The notes beneath the pieces are model-generated. The model was given only the letters and a program-made list of their open reading frames with translations, had not been told where the DNA came from and made no database searches. From Terriglobales bacterium (GTDB lineage Bacteria; Acidobacteriota; Terriglobia; Terriglobales; SCQP01), in assembly GCA_050747905.1 (NCBI GenBank), contig JBOGKQ010000005.1:64994-128993 (forward strand): a stretch of DNA of 64,000 bases. The letters run 5' to 3'. Shown here piece after piece: positions 51,949 to 61,515 of the stretch. A program made the translations under genes and the position numbers. The first letter of the stretch is position 1. The number at the start of each line of letters is the position of its first letter.

Positions 51949-52419
51949 CTACACCGCCGCCACCGCGCGCCCCGCCAACACCGGAAAAGCATAAGCCGCG
52001 CGCAGCCCGGCGCCGACCGCCAGGGCGGCGCGCGATTCTTCCCCGCCGCGGCTGAGGTCGCAAATCCAGGTCGCGCGCGCGGTGGCGACGACCCTCCCCG
52101 GCAACCCCGCAAACGGTCCTTCAGGCAGCGCCGCGGTGCGTAAAGCCGCATAGGTCTCGCCGCCCGCACCGTGCCAGTTTCCCGCCGGCGTCAGCGCCGT
52201 GCCCGGCCGTCCGGTGTCGGCTTCCGGCAGGGCTACCAGAGCATGCCCCAGCCTCCAGCCGGTGGCCTCGCACACCCGCACCAACGCCAGCTCCAGCGCT
52301 TCCTGAAAATCCCCGGCCTGGTTGGCGGCCAGCGCCACCGACTCCAGCAAACCCTGATAGGGCCCGGGCGCGGCAGGTGGCGGCGATGCGGGAGAAACGT
52401 CGGACGCGAGCGTTTTCAC
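51949..52419 (-). CDS. GAF domain sensor portion of the GAF-GGDEF-EAL gene, ending at in-frame TAG
   Basis: 156 aa ending ...AYAFPVLAGRAVAAV-TAG-EFFSEQGAAPEAALLQVL, which is the normal end of a GAF domain (V-L-EFFS). Confidence 0.7.
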   Translation of the reverse strand: MKTLASDVSPASPPPAAPGPYQGLLESVALAANQAGDFQEALELALVRVCEATGWRLGHALVALPEADTGRPGTALTPAGNWHGAGGETYAALRTAALPEGPFAGLPGRVVATARATWICDLSRGGEESRAALAVGAGLRAAYAFPVLAGRAVAAV

Positions 52420-52458
52420 TCCCGTCTTATCGGCCCCGTAGTATCAAAGCTTGAATGG

Positions 52459-52827
52459 CTAGCGGAAGTACAGGCCGCTGATTTTTCCCTGTGCATCGAA
52501 CGCCAACTGCACCGTCACCGGGCCGTTGGCGAACCGGCACGCGACCAGCACCAGTTGCTGGCCCTGCACCGGCCGCACCGTGGCGCTGGTGATGTCCTTG
52601 AAGAGCCCAAAGCGCTTCTCGACGTGGATCCATACCGACTGCAGGGTCGGGGCCGGCAGGGCTGCCGCCATTTTGGCGTTCAACTGTTTTTCAACTGCGG
52701 CGAACTGTCCCGATGACATGTGCTGCACCACCTGCCTGCCCATCGCCGCGTAATCGGGCGTTTGTGCCGCCAGCGCGAGCCCACACAAAACCAGCGCCAC
52801 GAACGCCGAAGTCATACGTCGCATCAT
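52459..52827 (-). CDS. small secreted protein (DUF3887-like)
   Basis: Start set at MMRRMTSAFVALVLCGLALAAQ. About 120 aa. Confidence 0.55.
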   Translation of the reverse strand: MMRRMTSAFVALVLCGLALAAQTPDYAAMGRQVVQHMSSGQFAAVEKQLNAKMAAALPAPTLQSVWIHVEKRFGLFKDITSATVRPVQGQQLVLVACRFANGPVTVQLAFDAQGKISGLYFR

Positions 52828-53050
52828 GAACCGGATACTAGCACACCACGCCGGGTCATCAGAGATGCATGGTCCAGTGCACCTCGCGGGGGTCGCGCCG
52901 CTTGGCGCCGTGGGCAAAATCGGCGCGCAGGGCCGCGAAATTCGGAATGGGCGAGCGTCTCAGCGAGCGCCCCCGGGGCCCCCAACCCGCCCTGCGCACT
53001 CACAGCAGGGCGAAGCAGCCGCGCTGGGGCCCGCGCCAACATTGTTCAGC

Positions 53051-53086
53051 AAAAAAAAGGCGGCCATGGGGTTGCCATCGCCGCCT
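53051..53086 (-). terminator. intrinsic terminator downstream of the TonB-dependent receptor gene
   Basis: Minus strand GGCGGCgATGGcaaccCCATgGCCGCC followed by T8. Confidence 0.75.
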
Positions 53087-53108
53087 GCGGACTGTGAGCG
53101 TGGGTGTT

Positions 53109-56100
53109 TTAGAAGGTGAAGCTGATCCGGCCCTGGAAGGCGCGCGGAATCCCCGCCGCAAACACGCCGGTGTTGAGGCCGAACTTGTTGGCCTGGTTAA
53201 ACGGCGTGGTATTGGTGATCGAGTCCACGTTGCCAAACGCCCCCGCTGCGGCCGGCGACATGCCGGTTGCCAGCGAGCCGCCTAAGTTCGCGCCTGGAGG
53301 CCCGTAGTTGCCAATGTTGAACACATTGAAGCAGTCGATCTCGGGCGTAAGCGTGTACTTGTCGCCGATCTTGATGTTCTTCGCCAGCGTGATGTCGGAA
53401 TCTTCAAAAGCATCCGGCATGAGTTGGTTGGGGGCGACACCGACGTTGATATAGGGCATGACCAGTCCCAACGTGGTTAGCTGGGCCTGGTTCACCACGC
53501 CCGCCATTAACAGCGCGTTGCCGGCGGGAGTGTCCGTGCCTGAATAGTTCTTGTTGTAGCTGTTGATCGCCGTCTGCAGCTCCGCCGGCGATCCGATCGC
53601 GCGGTTGAACGCTCCCAAGGTGTAGCCGGGCAGTACGTCACCCGTGGTGCCATCCCCCGTCCAGTCGGTCCGGAAGATTTCGCCCGAACCGAGACCGCTG
53701 TTGCCCAGCGTTGGCGTCACCGGGAACCCACTGTTGAAGTGGTTGACGGTGCCCAACTGCACGCCCCAGGGCAGGCCGAACACGCCGCCAATACTGAGCT
53801 GCGAGGTGCGGTCGTACCCGGTGGGACCGTAGAACATCCGCGGGTTAACCTCGTCGGTTGCGCCCCCGGCAAACGACTGGTCGAATTCAGTGGCATCCAA
53901 CCGGCCCAGAGCGTAGCTAATGGTCATGCTCTGCGCATGCACGGCACTGAGCATGGCGATGTTCTGCAGCCGCAGCTCCAGTTGCAGACCCTTGTAGTCG
54001 GAATTGCCCAAATTGCGGTCGGCGTTTAAGTTGCCGAAGTTGGGGTTGCTGCCGCCGAAGGCGTAGATCGGCTGGCCAATATCGGTGTTGGTGCCCGATC
54101 CCAGGGACATGCCTGCCGAATTGCCGAATAGCTCGTGCTGCACGATGGAGTTGGTGATCGCCGTCGGCGTTCCGCCCGTGGGCGTGTAGAGTTGGCCCGA
54201 CGCCGCCGCATTGAGCATGTTCTGCACCGTGGCCTGCAGATTCGCACCCTGCGCCACCCCTAGGTCCGTTGCCGCCCCGTTGATGGCACCCGTGGCGGCG
54301 TCCATATTGAAGTAGCGCGAATTCCCCACGAGGTTCTGATCCTGCGTCACCAGCAGGTCAAAGCCACGGTTGCTGACGAAGTTGGCGGACAACACCGCCC
54401 CGCGCGCGAGCTGGCGCTGGATGCCGAAGTTGTACTGCACCGAATAGGGCGTACGGTAGGTGTCATCAAACAGCGGATTGCCGCTGTAGTTGGTTCCCGG
54501 CGTGCTGATGCCGGGCTGCGGGCCCAGCACCGTGGCCGCGGCGCCCGCGATGTTGCTGGCCTGCGCCACATACGCCGCTTGCAACGCGGCCTGAGCCGCC
54601 AGCATCGCCGGCTGCAGTTGGGCAATGGATTGCGAGGTCAAACTTGTGCCAGTCGCCGGATTCCCCGGGCAGAGGAAAACGCACTGCCCACCCGGCGCGA
54701 TGATCTGGCTGCCATTGGTGGAAGGGAACGAGGGCGCGATGGCGGAGCTGATGTAGTTGGAGCGCTCGAACATGACGTTGTTCCAAATGTCGTTTTCGTA
54801 GTACATGCCCGCACCTGCGCGGATCACCCAGCGCCCCTGGCCCGTCGGATCCCAGGCAACCCCGAGGGTGGGCGAAAAGTTGTTTGGCACCGGGGCCGAT
54901 TGCGCCAGGTTCGAGAACGCGGCCCCTATCACGGCCGGGTGAACCAAGTCGGTATTGACTTGGCCGGGATCGCGCTCAAAATGCACACCGTAATCAATGG
55001 TCAGATTGGGCATGGCGCGCCAGGTGTCAGCCACGTAAAACGCGGTGCGCAGGTTCTTGACGCCGCCGTAGGGGTTGCCATGCACCGCCAGGTTCGAGAA
55101 GTATCCCTGGCCGTTGCCGAACGTAACCGACAGCGGCGCGTAGCTGGTCGGATCGTCGGCCGGACCACCGGACACGGGCCCGTTGGCGAACGTCGGGCCG
55201 ACCGCAGGTGCCTGCGCAAAAAACGCCGCATAAACGACGTTGGCAATATGATTTTCCTCCACGCCGTAACGCACGGTGTGATTGCCAAAGTAGAAGCTGC
55301 CGTCGTATTTCAGCTCGTCGTCAATCTGGAAGGTATGTTGCGGCGACAGCAGATTGGGGCCGAACGATTCGCCCGTGTCTCCGAACGCAATGTTGATGGG
55401 GATGTTGGGCGCGCCCGGTACCGCCTGGCTGTAGATGTGGTTGAAAAACGTCAGGTGGTCGTAATGGAACTGGTGCGTGAAACGCCCCTCATTCCAAGTT
55501 GCTCCTACGTCGCTCAGGTTCGACACATCTTCGTTGGTGAACGGCTGCAGGCTGGTGCCGCCGATCACCGAGGGCGGAATCAGACGGTTGCTGCCATGCG
55601 TGAAGTAGTAGAACAGGTGCCAGTCCTTGCTGATGTTCCAGTCCACGCGCGCATCGGCGTCCTTTTCAAACCCGGGGGTAAGGAAAAAACCGCTGTACTG
55701 CGCGAAGTCCGGCATCTGCACTGCCGAGTAGGCATCGCGGTCATAGCGTTCGCCGTTGACGAAGAAAAACAGTTTGTTCGTCCGCAGCGGGCCGCCCAGA
55801 GACAGCCCGTCCTGGTTCTGCTTGAACGGCGGTTTGGTAGTCGCCAAGGTGGGATTGGCGGAAAAGCGCGCGCTACGGTAGTTGGCAAACGCTTCCCCGT
55901 GCCAGTCGTTGCTGCCCGTCTTGGTGGTGATGTTCACCTGGCCGGTGTTGCCGATGTCCGAGGAGGTGTCGCCGGAGGATTGGTCGACCTGGAAGCCGTG
56001 AATCGAGCTGGTCGCCAGATTGATGGTCGTGGTACCCACCGTCTGGTCGCTGATGTCGGCTCCGTTCACGTTGATCTCGGTGGTGCGGCCTTCCGCGCCT

Positions 56101-56675
56101 TGAACCGAAAGTCCGGCGAAGCCATTCTTGGTGGGATCGAAGTTGCCGCCGTCAATCATCTGCACGCCCGGTTGCAGTTGCGCCAGGTCAAGAAAGTTGC
56201 GCCCGATTTGCGGCAGGCTCTTGATCTGCTCGGCGGTGATGGTGCCGCCGATGGAGGCCGTGGTGGTATCCACCTGTACCGTGCCGGCCGTACCGGTGAC
56301 CTCGACGGTTTGTGTCGCCGCGCCGAGCTTCAGCGCAAAGCTTGCGCTGGTGATCTGATTCACGCGCACGACCACGTTCTGCCTGGAGGTGGAAAAACCC
56401 TGTGCGACCGCGGACACCTGATAGGTTCCGGGCTGCAGCAGGTTGAACACGTAATTGCCGGAGACGTCCGCCTTGGCGGGCGTGGTGGCGCCTGTGGCTG
56501 TTTGAAGCAATAGCACCGTGGCGTTGGGCACCGCGGCACCGCTGGGATCCTTGACCGTACCTGAAATCGCGCCCGTCGAGTTGGTCTGTGCCGCGAGCAG
56601 GCCGCCTGCCATCAGCACAACTCCAACCAAAGTGAGCAGACGCGTAGGAAACCATGCAAAGAGGCGTTTTGACAT
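53109..56675 (-). CDS. TonB-dependent receptor-like outer-membrane protein with N-terminal carboxypeptidase-regulatory-like domain
   Basis: Start set at MSKRLFAW. GAISGTVKDPSGAAVPNATV...GNYVFNLLQPGTYQV (CarboxypepD_reg). About 1100-aa beta-barrel ending ...RISFTF. Confidence 0.85.
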   Translation of the reverse strand: MSKRLFAWFPTRLLTLVGVVLMAGGLLAAQTNSTGAISGTVKDPSGAAVPNATVLLLQTATGATTPAKADVSGNYVFNLLQPGTYQVSAVAQGFSTSRQNVVVRVNQITSASFALKLGAATQTVEVTGTAGTVQVDTTTASIGGTITAEQIKSLPQIGRNFLDLAQLQPGVQMIDGGNFDPTKNGFAGLSVQGAEGRTTEINVNGADISDQTVGTTTINLATSSIHGFQVDQSSGDTSSDIGNTGQVNITTKTGSNDWHGEAFANYRSARFSANPTLATTKPPFKQNQDGLSLGGPLRTNKLFFFVNGERYDRDAYSAVQMPDFAQYSGFFLTPGFEKDADARVDWNISKDWHLFYYFTHGSNRLIPPSVIGGTSLQPFTNEDVSNLSDVGATWNEGRFTHQFHYDHLTFFNHIYSQAVPGAPNIPINIAFGDTGESFGPNLLSPQHTFQIDDELKYDGSFYFGNHTVRYGVEENHIANVVYAAFFAQAPAVGPTFANGPVSGGPADDPTSYAPLSVTFGNGQGYFSNLAVHGNPYGGVKNLRTAFYVADTWRAMPNLTIDYGVHFERDPGQVNTDLVHPAVIGAAFSNLAQSAPVPNNFSPTLGVAWDPTGQGRWVIRAGAGMYYENDIWNNVMFERSNYISSAIAPSFPSTNGSQIIAPGGQCVFLCPGNPATGTSLTSQSIAQLQPAMLAAQAALQAAYVAQASNIAGAAATVLGPQPGISTPGTNYSGNPLFDDTYRTPYSVQYNFGIQRQLARGAVLSANFVSNRGFDLLVTQDQNLVGNSRYFNMDAATGAINGAATDLGVAQGANLQATVQNMLNAAASGQLYTPTGGTPTAITNSIVQHELFGNSAGMSLGSGTNTDIGQPIYAFGGSNPNFGNLNADRNLGNSDYKGLQLELRLQNIAMLSAVHAQSMTISYALGRLDATEFDQSFAGGATDEVNPRMFYGPTGYDRTSQLSIGGVFGLPWGVQLGTVNHFNSGFPVTPTLGNSGLGSGEIFRTDWTGDGTTGDVLPGYTLGAFNRAIGSPAELQTAINSYNKNYSGTDTPAGNALLMAGVVNQAQLTTLGLVMPYINVGVAPNQLMPDAFEDSDITLAKNIKIGDKYTLTPEIDCFNVFNIGNYGPPGANLGGSLATGMSPAAAGAFGNVDSITNTTPFNQANKFGLNTGVFAAGIPRAFQGRISFTF

Positions 56676-56893
56676 GTGTTGCGATCTCCCGTCACAGCTT
56701 GGTAAATTCACGCCGTGATTATCAACTTGCGTGGAGTATGGATCCAGGCGTGATGTGTGTCAAGGGGGCTGTCGGCCACATATGGCTGAGAGTAACTTGC
56801 CGCGATATGTCCTTGCTAGAGGCAGTTCGGATGTGGGGTGCCTGACCGGGCGGTCAGTGCGCCCCCTCGGCGGGATGGACTATACTCACGGCC

Positions 56894-58936
56894 ATGGTTA
56901 AAAGCCTGCTGCCTGCCCTTGCCCTGGCCGCTGCGTGCGCCTGGGCACAAACGCCCGCCGCCCGCCGCCCGCTGCGCGTCAACGACATGTCGGCGATCCG
57001 CTCGGTCAGCGATCCGCAATGCTCGCCCGATGGATCCGAGGTCGCCTTCGTGGTCGGCAGCGTCAACGTTAAGAAGGACAATCACGAATCCCACATCTGG
57101 ATGGCCCGCTTCGACGGCAGCGAAAATCGCCAGTTGACGGATTCCGACGGTCACTCCGAATCTTCGCCGCGCTGGTCGCCCGACGGGAACTACCTTGCCT
57201 TCACCTCCTCGCGCCCGGGTCCTGCCGAGGGCAACCAGGTCTGGCTGCTGCCGCGCCAGGGCGGAGAAGCGGTGCAGCTCACCGCCGTAGAGGGCTCCCT
57301 GCGCGGATTCTACTGGTCGCCCGACAGCAAGCGGATGGCGCTGGTCATAGAGGATCCTTCTGAGGCGGCCATCTACAAGCGCACCCACCACGGCCAAGCG
57401 CAGCCGCCGCAGCCGGTGGTGATTAACCATTACTTGTTCGAGGCCGACGGCGTCGGGTATATCACCGGCCGCAAGTCCCACATCTATATCTTCGAGATCG
57501 CCACAAAAAAGCTGACGCGGCTAACCTCACCCGACTATTCGCAGAGCAGCCCTGCCTGGTCGCCTGACGGCCGCCGCATCGCCTTTTTCAGCAATCACGA
57601 TCCCCATCCCGATCGCGAGTATACCGGCCAGCTCTACGACATTGACGTGCGTCCCGGCGCGGTCGCCAAGCCGCTTACGCCGGAGGATTTCTACGCCGCC
57701 GGCCAGCCCGCCTGGTCACCCGATGGCCGCTGGATCGCCTTCACGAAAGGCACCGCACCCAAAGTCCACATGTATTCCATGCCGCGCCTGGCGATTGTGG
57801 CCGCGGACGCTTCTAGCGCCCCGCGGGTGCTCAACCCCAGCTTTGACCGAGGCGTAGCGCAGCCCCATTTCACTGCTGACGGCCGCTCGATCGAAGTCAC
57901 CGTTACCGACGACCGCTCGGCATATCCGGCCTTGTTCAGCGTGGCCGACGGCAGCGAGACCACGCTCCTGCCGCCGCCGATTGTGGCGACCGGCTACAAC
58001 TCCGCCGGTAGCTGCCAGGCGGCCGTGGTCGGCTATCCCGACAAAGCCAACGAGATCTACGCGCTTGCCAGCGGCGCCGCGCGCCAGCTCAGCCACCTGA
58101 ACGACAAGCTTTTCTCCCAGTTCGACTTGGGCAAGGTGCGCGGCGTCGAGTTCACCGCCTCCGACGGCAACAGCGCCCACGGCATCCTGACCCTGCCGGT
58201 GGGCTACCACACCGGCCGGGTACCGTTTCTGCTGCGCATCCACGGCGGTCCGACGTCGCAGAATACCTACAATTTCAGCTTTGAAAACCAAATCTTCGCG
58301 GCCCACGGCTATGCGGTGCTTAACGTCAACTACCGGGGCAGCAACGGCCGCGGGCAAGCGTATTCGCAGGCCATCTCCGGTGACTGGGGCAATCTCGAGG
58401 AAAAGGACCTGGAGGCGGGCGTCAATTGGGCCATCCAGAGCGGCATTGCCGATCCTAACCGGCTGGGCATCGGCGGCTGGAGTTACGGCTGCATTTCCAC
58501 CGACTACATGATCGCCTCCGATCCGCGCTTCAAGGCTGCCACCTGCGGCGCCGGCACCGGCTTTACCTTCTCGCTCTACGGCGTGGATGAGTACATCCGG
58601 CAGTACAACGACGAAATCGGTCCGCCCTGGAACCCCCAGGCCTGGGCCACCTATCAAAAGATCGGCTACCCGCTCCTCCACGCCGACCGCATTAAAACCG
58701 CCACGCTCTACCTCAGCGGACTGCTCGACATGAATGTCCCCAAGGTGGGCAACAAACAAATGTACGAGGCGCTCAAGACGCTGGGTGTGCCCACCGAGCT
58801 GGTGTTGTTTCCCGGCCAATGGCACGGTTTCCGCCGCCCCAGCTTCCAGCGCGACGTGGACCGCCGCTATCTCGCCTGGTACGCGCAGTACTTGCTGGGC
58901 GAAAAGCCGGCAGCGAAGAAACCGACTGACAACTAG
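56894..58936 (+). CDS. S9 family serine peptidase (beta-propeller plus prolyl-oligopeptidase domain)
   Basis: 680 aa. Signal peptide, repeated SPDG propeller motifs, GGWSYG nucleophile elbow. Confidence 0.9.
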   Translation: MVKSLLPALALAAACAWAQTPAARRPLRVNDMSAIRSVSDPQCSPDGSEVAFVVGSVNVKKDNHESHIWMARFDGSENRQLTDSDGHSESSPRWSPDGNYLAFTSSRPGPAEGNQVWLLPRQGGEAVQLTAVEGSLRGFYWSPDSKRMALVIEDPSEAAIYKRTHHGQAQPPQPVVINHYLFEADGVGYITGRKSHIYIFEIATKKLTRLTSPDYSQSSPAWSPDGRRIAFFSNHDPHPDREYTGQLYDIDVRPGAVAKPLTPEDFYAAGQPAWSPDGRWIAFTKGTAPKVHMYSMPRLAIVAADASSAPRVLNPSFDRGVAQPHFTADGRSIEVTVTDDRSAYPALFSVADGSETTLLPPPIVATGYNSAGSCQAAVVGYPDKANEIYALASGAARQLSHLNDKLFSQFDLGKVRGVEFTASDGNSAHGILTLPVGYHTGRVPFLLRIHGGPTSQNTYNFSFENQIFAAHGYAVLNVNYRGSNGRGQAYSQAISGDWGNLEEKDLEAGVNWAIQSGIADPNRLGIGGWSYGCISTDYMIASDPRFKAATCGAGTGFTFSLYGVDEYIRQYNDEIGPPWNPQAWATYQKIGYPLLHADRIKTATLYLSGLLDMNVPKVGNKQMYEALKTLGVPTELVLFPGQWHGFRRPSFQRDVDRRYLAWYAQYLLGEKPAAKKPTDN

Positions 58937-58971
58937 AGCTAAACCAGCGTTGAACCTTCGGGCCATCACGC

Positions 58972-59008
58972 ATGCGGCTCTTCACCAAGAAAAGCCGCAT
59001 TGCTTTTG
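58972..59008 (+). terminator. probable intrinsic terminator after the S9 peptidase gene
   Basis: ATGCGGCT-loop-AGCCGCAT hairpin followed by TGCTTTT. Confidence 0.5.
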
Positions 59009-59046
59009 CCACGCGAGGGGCCCGCGCCTATCACGGCCGGCAGGCT

Positions 59047-61422
59047 TCAATGCGGTGAGGCCGGCACCAGATCCAGCCGCTGCTCGGTGACCGATTCGAT
59101 TTTGCCGCGACTGAAGAAGATCGGAAAATACTTGCCCTGCGACCACAGGCCGTAAAGGTCGCGAAAATGAGGGCTGAGAACATCGCCCGACTGGCCGGGA
59201 TTATTGATGCCCACCGAAGCGTCCCAGTTCCCTGGGGCGGCGATGATTTTGAAGGACCCGCCGGCGGTCTGGTTGGCGCCATCGCCGGTGGCGTCCACCG
59301 TGACGCCGCCACCGCTGCGCGGAGCATCGCCCACGTCGTAACGGGCGCGGTCGGCGGCCGAGAGGATGGGGCTGAGCGGATTGAAAATGGTGGCGTGGTG
59401 ATAGCTGCCCCACGGGGCCGCGGGGCGTAAGGCCACCGCTTCCACCAGGCTCTTCACCAGCAGCGCGTCCCGCCCGGCAATCGGATCCGCGCCAAAGCGG
59501 CCGTCGGGCGCGACCAGCCAGCGGATGGATTTCGCCAGACTGAGGCTCAGGTAGGGCTGCGCCGCCCTGGGCACGAGAAGCTGCTTCAGGTTGGCATCCA
59601 GCCGCCGCTTCCACGCCTCGAAGGTGCCGGCGGCGATGGAGTCTTTGTCGAGCACATCATGCCAAGCCAGCAATTTCTGTTGCGCATCGCGCGCCCGGCC
59701 CGGAGGCACGGCAAGCCCGCGCAGCATGGGCACCAGCGCCCGCGCGGGCAGCGACACCACATCGTTTTGCAGCCGCTCCATGTCGCTCACCGTGAATAGG
59801 CGCCCCGAGCCCAGCACCTCCGCCACCCGCCGCGCTCGGAAGGCGTCCGCCCACTCGTAGTGCAGCGCCTCGGGATAGTTCCATCCGGGCGGGATGAGGT
59901 AGTTGTTGCTGGTGTTGAAAAACCCCTTGGCGGGATTGTGGACATGAGGCAGGTCCAGGATGGGCAGGTAACCGTCCCACTCGTAGCGGCCATCGCCCGG
60001 CACCGGCAGCAGCCCGCTCCAGTTGGGACGCAGCGGCGTGAGGCCCACCGCCTGATAGCCGATGTCACCATCCACGCCTGCCCACACCATGTTCTCGCTG
60101 GGCACGCGGCTGAAGGCGCAGGCGGCGCGAAATTCCTGCCAGTTGCGCGCCTGATCCATGTGCAAGCTGGCGAGATACGGGGCCGCGCCTCGGTCCAGCC
60201 AGGCGGCGCGCACCGCGTAGGCCTTGTGGTGCGCGGCATCTTCGTAGACCACCGGGCCGTGCCGGGTGTACTTCAGATCGGCATGCACTGCCACCGCCCC
60301 CTTGACGGCAATCGTGGTCGGGATGACTTGCATCCTCACCCACTGCCCCCGGTACTTGTACTCCAGCGGGTTGCCGGGACGAGTGTCGTACACGTAAAGG
60401 TCTTCGGTGTCGCCGCCGAAAATGGTCAGCCCCCAGGCTCCGTACGGGTTGTGGCCGATGGAGACGCCCGGCAGCGCCGGCTCGCCCGCGCCGATCACGT
60501 TCCAGCCCGGCGCCACCAGATGCACCCAGTAGCGCAGCGAGGGCGCCTCCTGGGTGCGGTGCGGATCGTTGGCCATCAGCGGAAATCCGGTCGGCGTCAG
60601 CCGCCCGCTCACCACCCAGTTGTTGCTGCCGATGGTTTGCAGTTGTTGTTCGAGATCCAGCGGCGTGGGTGCAAGCGCTACGGCGGCGGTGGGCGCGGCT
60701 TCGCTGCCGCGGAACCGCAGCGGCCGGCGGAAGGCGTTGTAGATGGCCAGAATGGACGGCCCCAGGGGCGCATCGTTGAGCGCCGGGTCAAGCGTGAGGT
60801 CAGGATGCGCCGGCTGGAAGTTTTCCAGCTCCTCCACCTGCCCGGCCCCGATCGCGCGCACCGCCGCAGCCAGGCGGATCTCGCGGTTGACATTGCCCAG
60901 CAGGCCGTTGAAGCGGGTAATCACCACCGCCGCGGTCCAGCGCCCGGGTTTCATGTTCAGCATGCGGAACTCGGGCGACAGCAGCGACGGGTCCTGCCGG
61001 GTGCGGGCAATGTAGGCGTTAATGCCTTCCACGAACGCCTCCACGATCGCCGCGCCGTGCGGATGATACCAGTTCAGCTCCTCCGTCAGGTCGCCGCGAT
61101 ACTGGAAAAGGCGATTCCCGAGATCGCGCGCCACCGCGCTCGGTCCCAGCACCTCGGCCAGCGTGCCGGTGGCCTGCCGCCGCCACAATTCGAGCTGGAA
61201 CAGACGGTCGTGGGCGACGTTGTAACCCTGTGCGAAGAACAGATCGTGTTCATTCTGCGCGTAGATGTGGGCAATGCCCCAGTGGTCGCGCAGGATGGTT
61301 ACCGGCTGCTCCAGTCCTGGCAACGTGAGCCGCGTGGCGGCCGGCGTTTGCCCCAGCACGGCCGTGGCAAGCATGCCCAAAAGCCAGATCCGACCCCGGA
61401 TTCGCATTGCTCTCCTCCTCAC
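59047..61422 (-). CDS. penicillin acylase family (peptidase S45, Ntn hydrolase) protein
   Basis: 791 aa. Signal peptide, RDHWGIAHIYA, autoprocessing site GSNNWVVSG. Confidence 0.9.
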   Translation of the reverse strand: MRRRAMRIRGRIWLLGMLATAVLGQTPAATRLTLPGLEQPVTILRDHWGIAHIYAQNEHDLFFAQGYNVAHDRLFQLELWRRQATGTLAEVLGPSAVARDLGNRLFQYRGDLTEELNWYHPHGAAIVEAFVEGINAYIARTRQDPSLLSPEFRMLNMKPGRWTAAVVITRFNGLLGNVNREIRLAAAVRAIGAGQVEELENFQPAHPDLTLDPALNDAPLGPSILAIYNAFRRPLRFRGSEAAPTAAVALAPTPLDLEQQLQTIGSNNWVVSGRLTPTGFPLMANDPHRTQEAPSLRYWVHLVAPGWNVIGAGEPALPGVSIGHNPYGAWGLTIFGGDTEDLYVYDTRPGNPLEYKYRGQWVRMQVIPTTIAVKGAVAVHADLKYTRHGPVVYEDAAHHKAYAVRAAWLDRGAAPYLASLHMDQARNWQEFRAACAFSRVPSENMVWAGVDGDIGYQAVGLTPLRPNWSGLLPVPGDGRYEWDGYLPILDLPHVHNPAKGFFNTSNNYLIPPGWNYPEALHYEWADAFRARRVAEVLGSGRLFTVSDMERLQNDVVSLPARALVPMLRGLAVPPGRARDAQQKLLAWHDVLDKDSIAAGTFEAWKRRLDANLKQLLVPRAAQPYLSLSLAKSIRWLVAPDGRFGADPIAGRDALLVKSLVEAVALRPAAPWGSYHHATIFNPLSPILSAADRARYDVGDAPRSGGGVTVDATGDGANQTAGGSFKIIAAPGNWDASVGINNPGQSGDVLSPHFRDLYGLWSQGKYFPIFFSRGKIESVTEQRLDLVPASPH

Positions 61423-61515
61423 ATCACCAGCATCGCGACGTGGGGATTGTAGCAGAGCGCGCCGGCCGTCACCTTCGCGCTGGCCACTGGCTGCTTCCTG
61501 CGCTATGCTAGCGCG

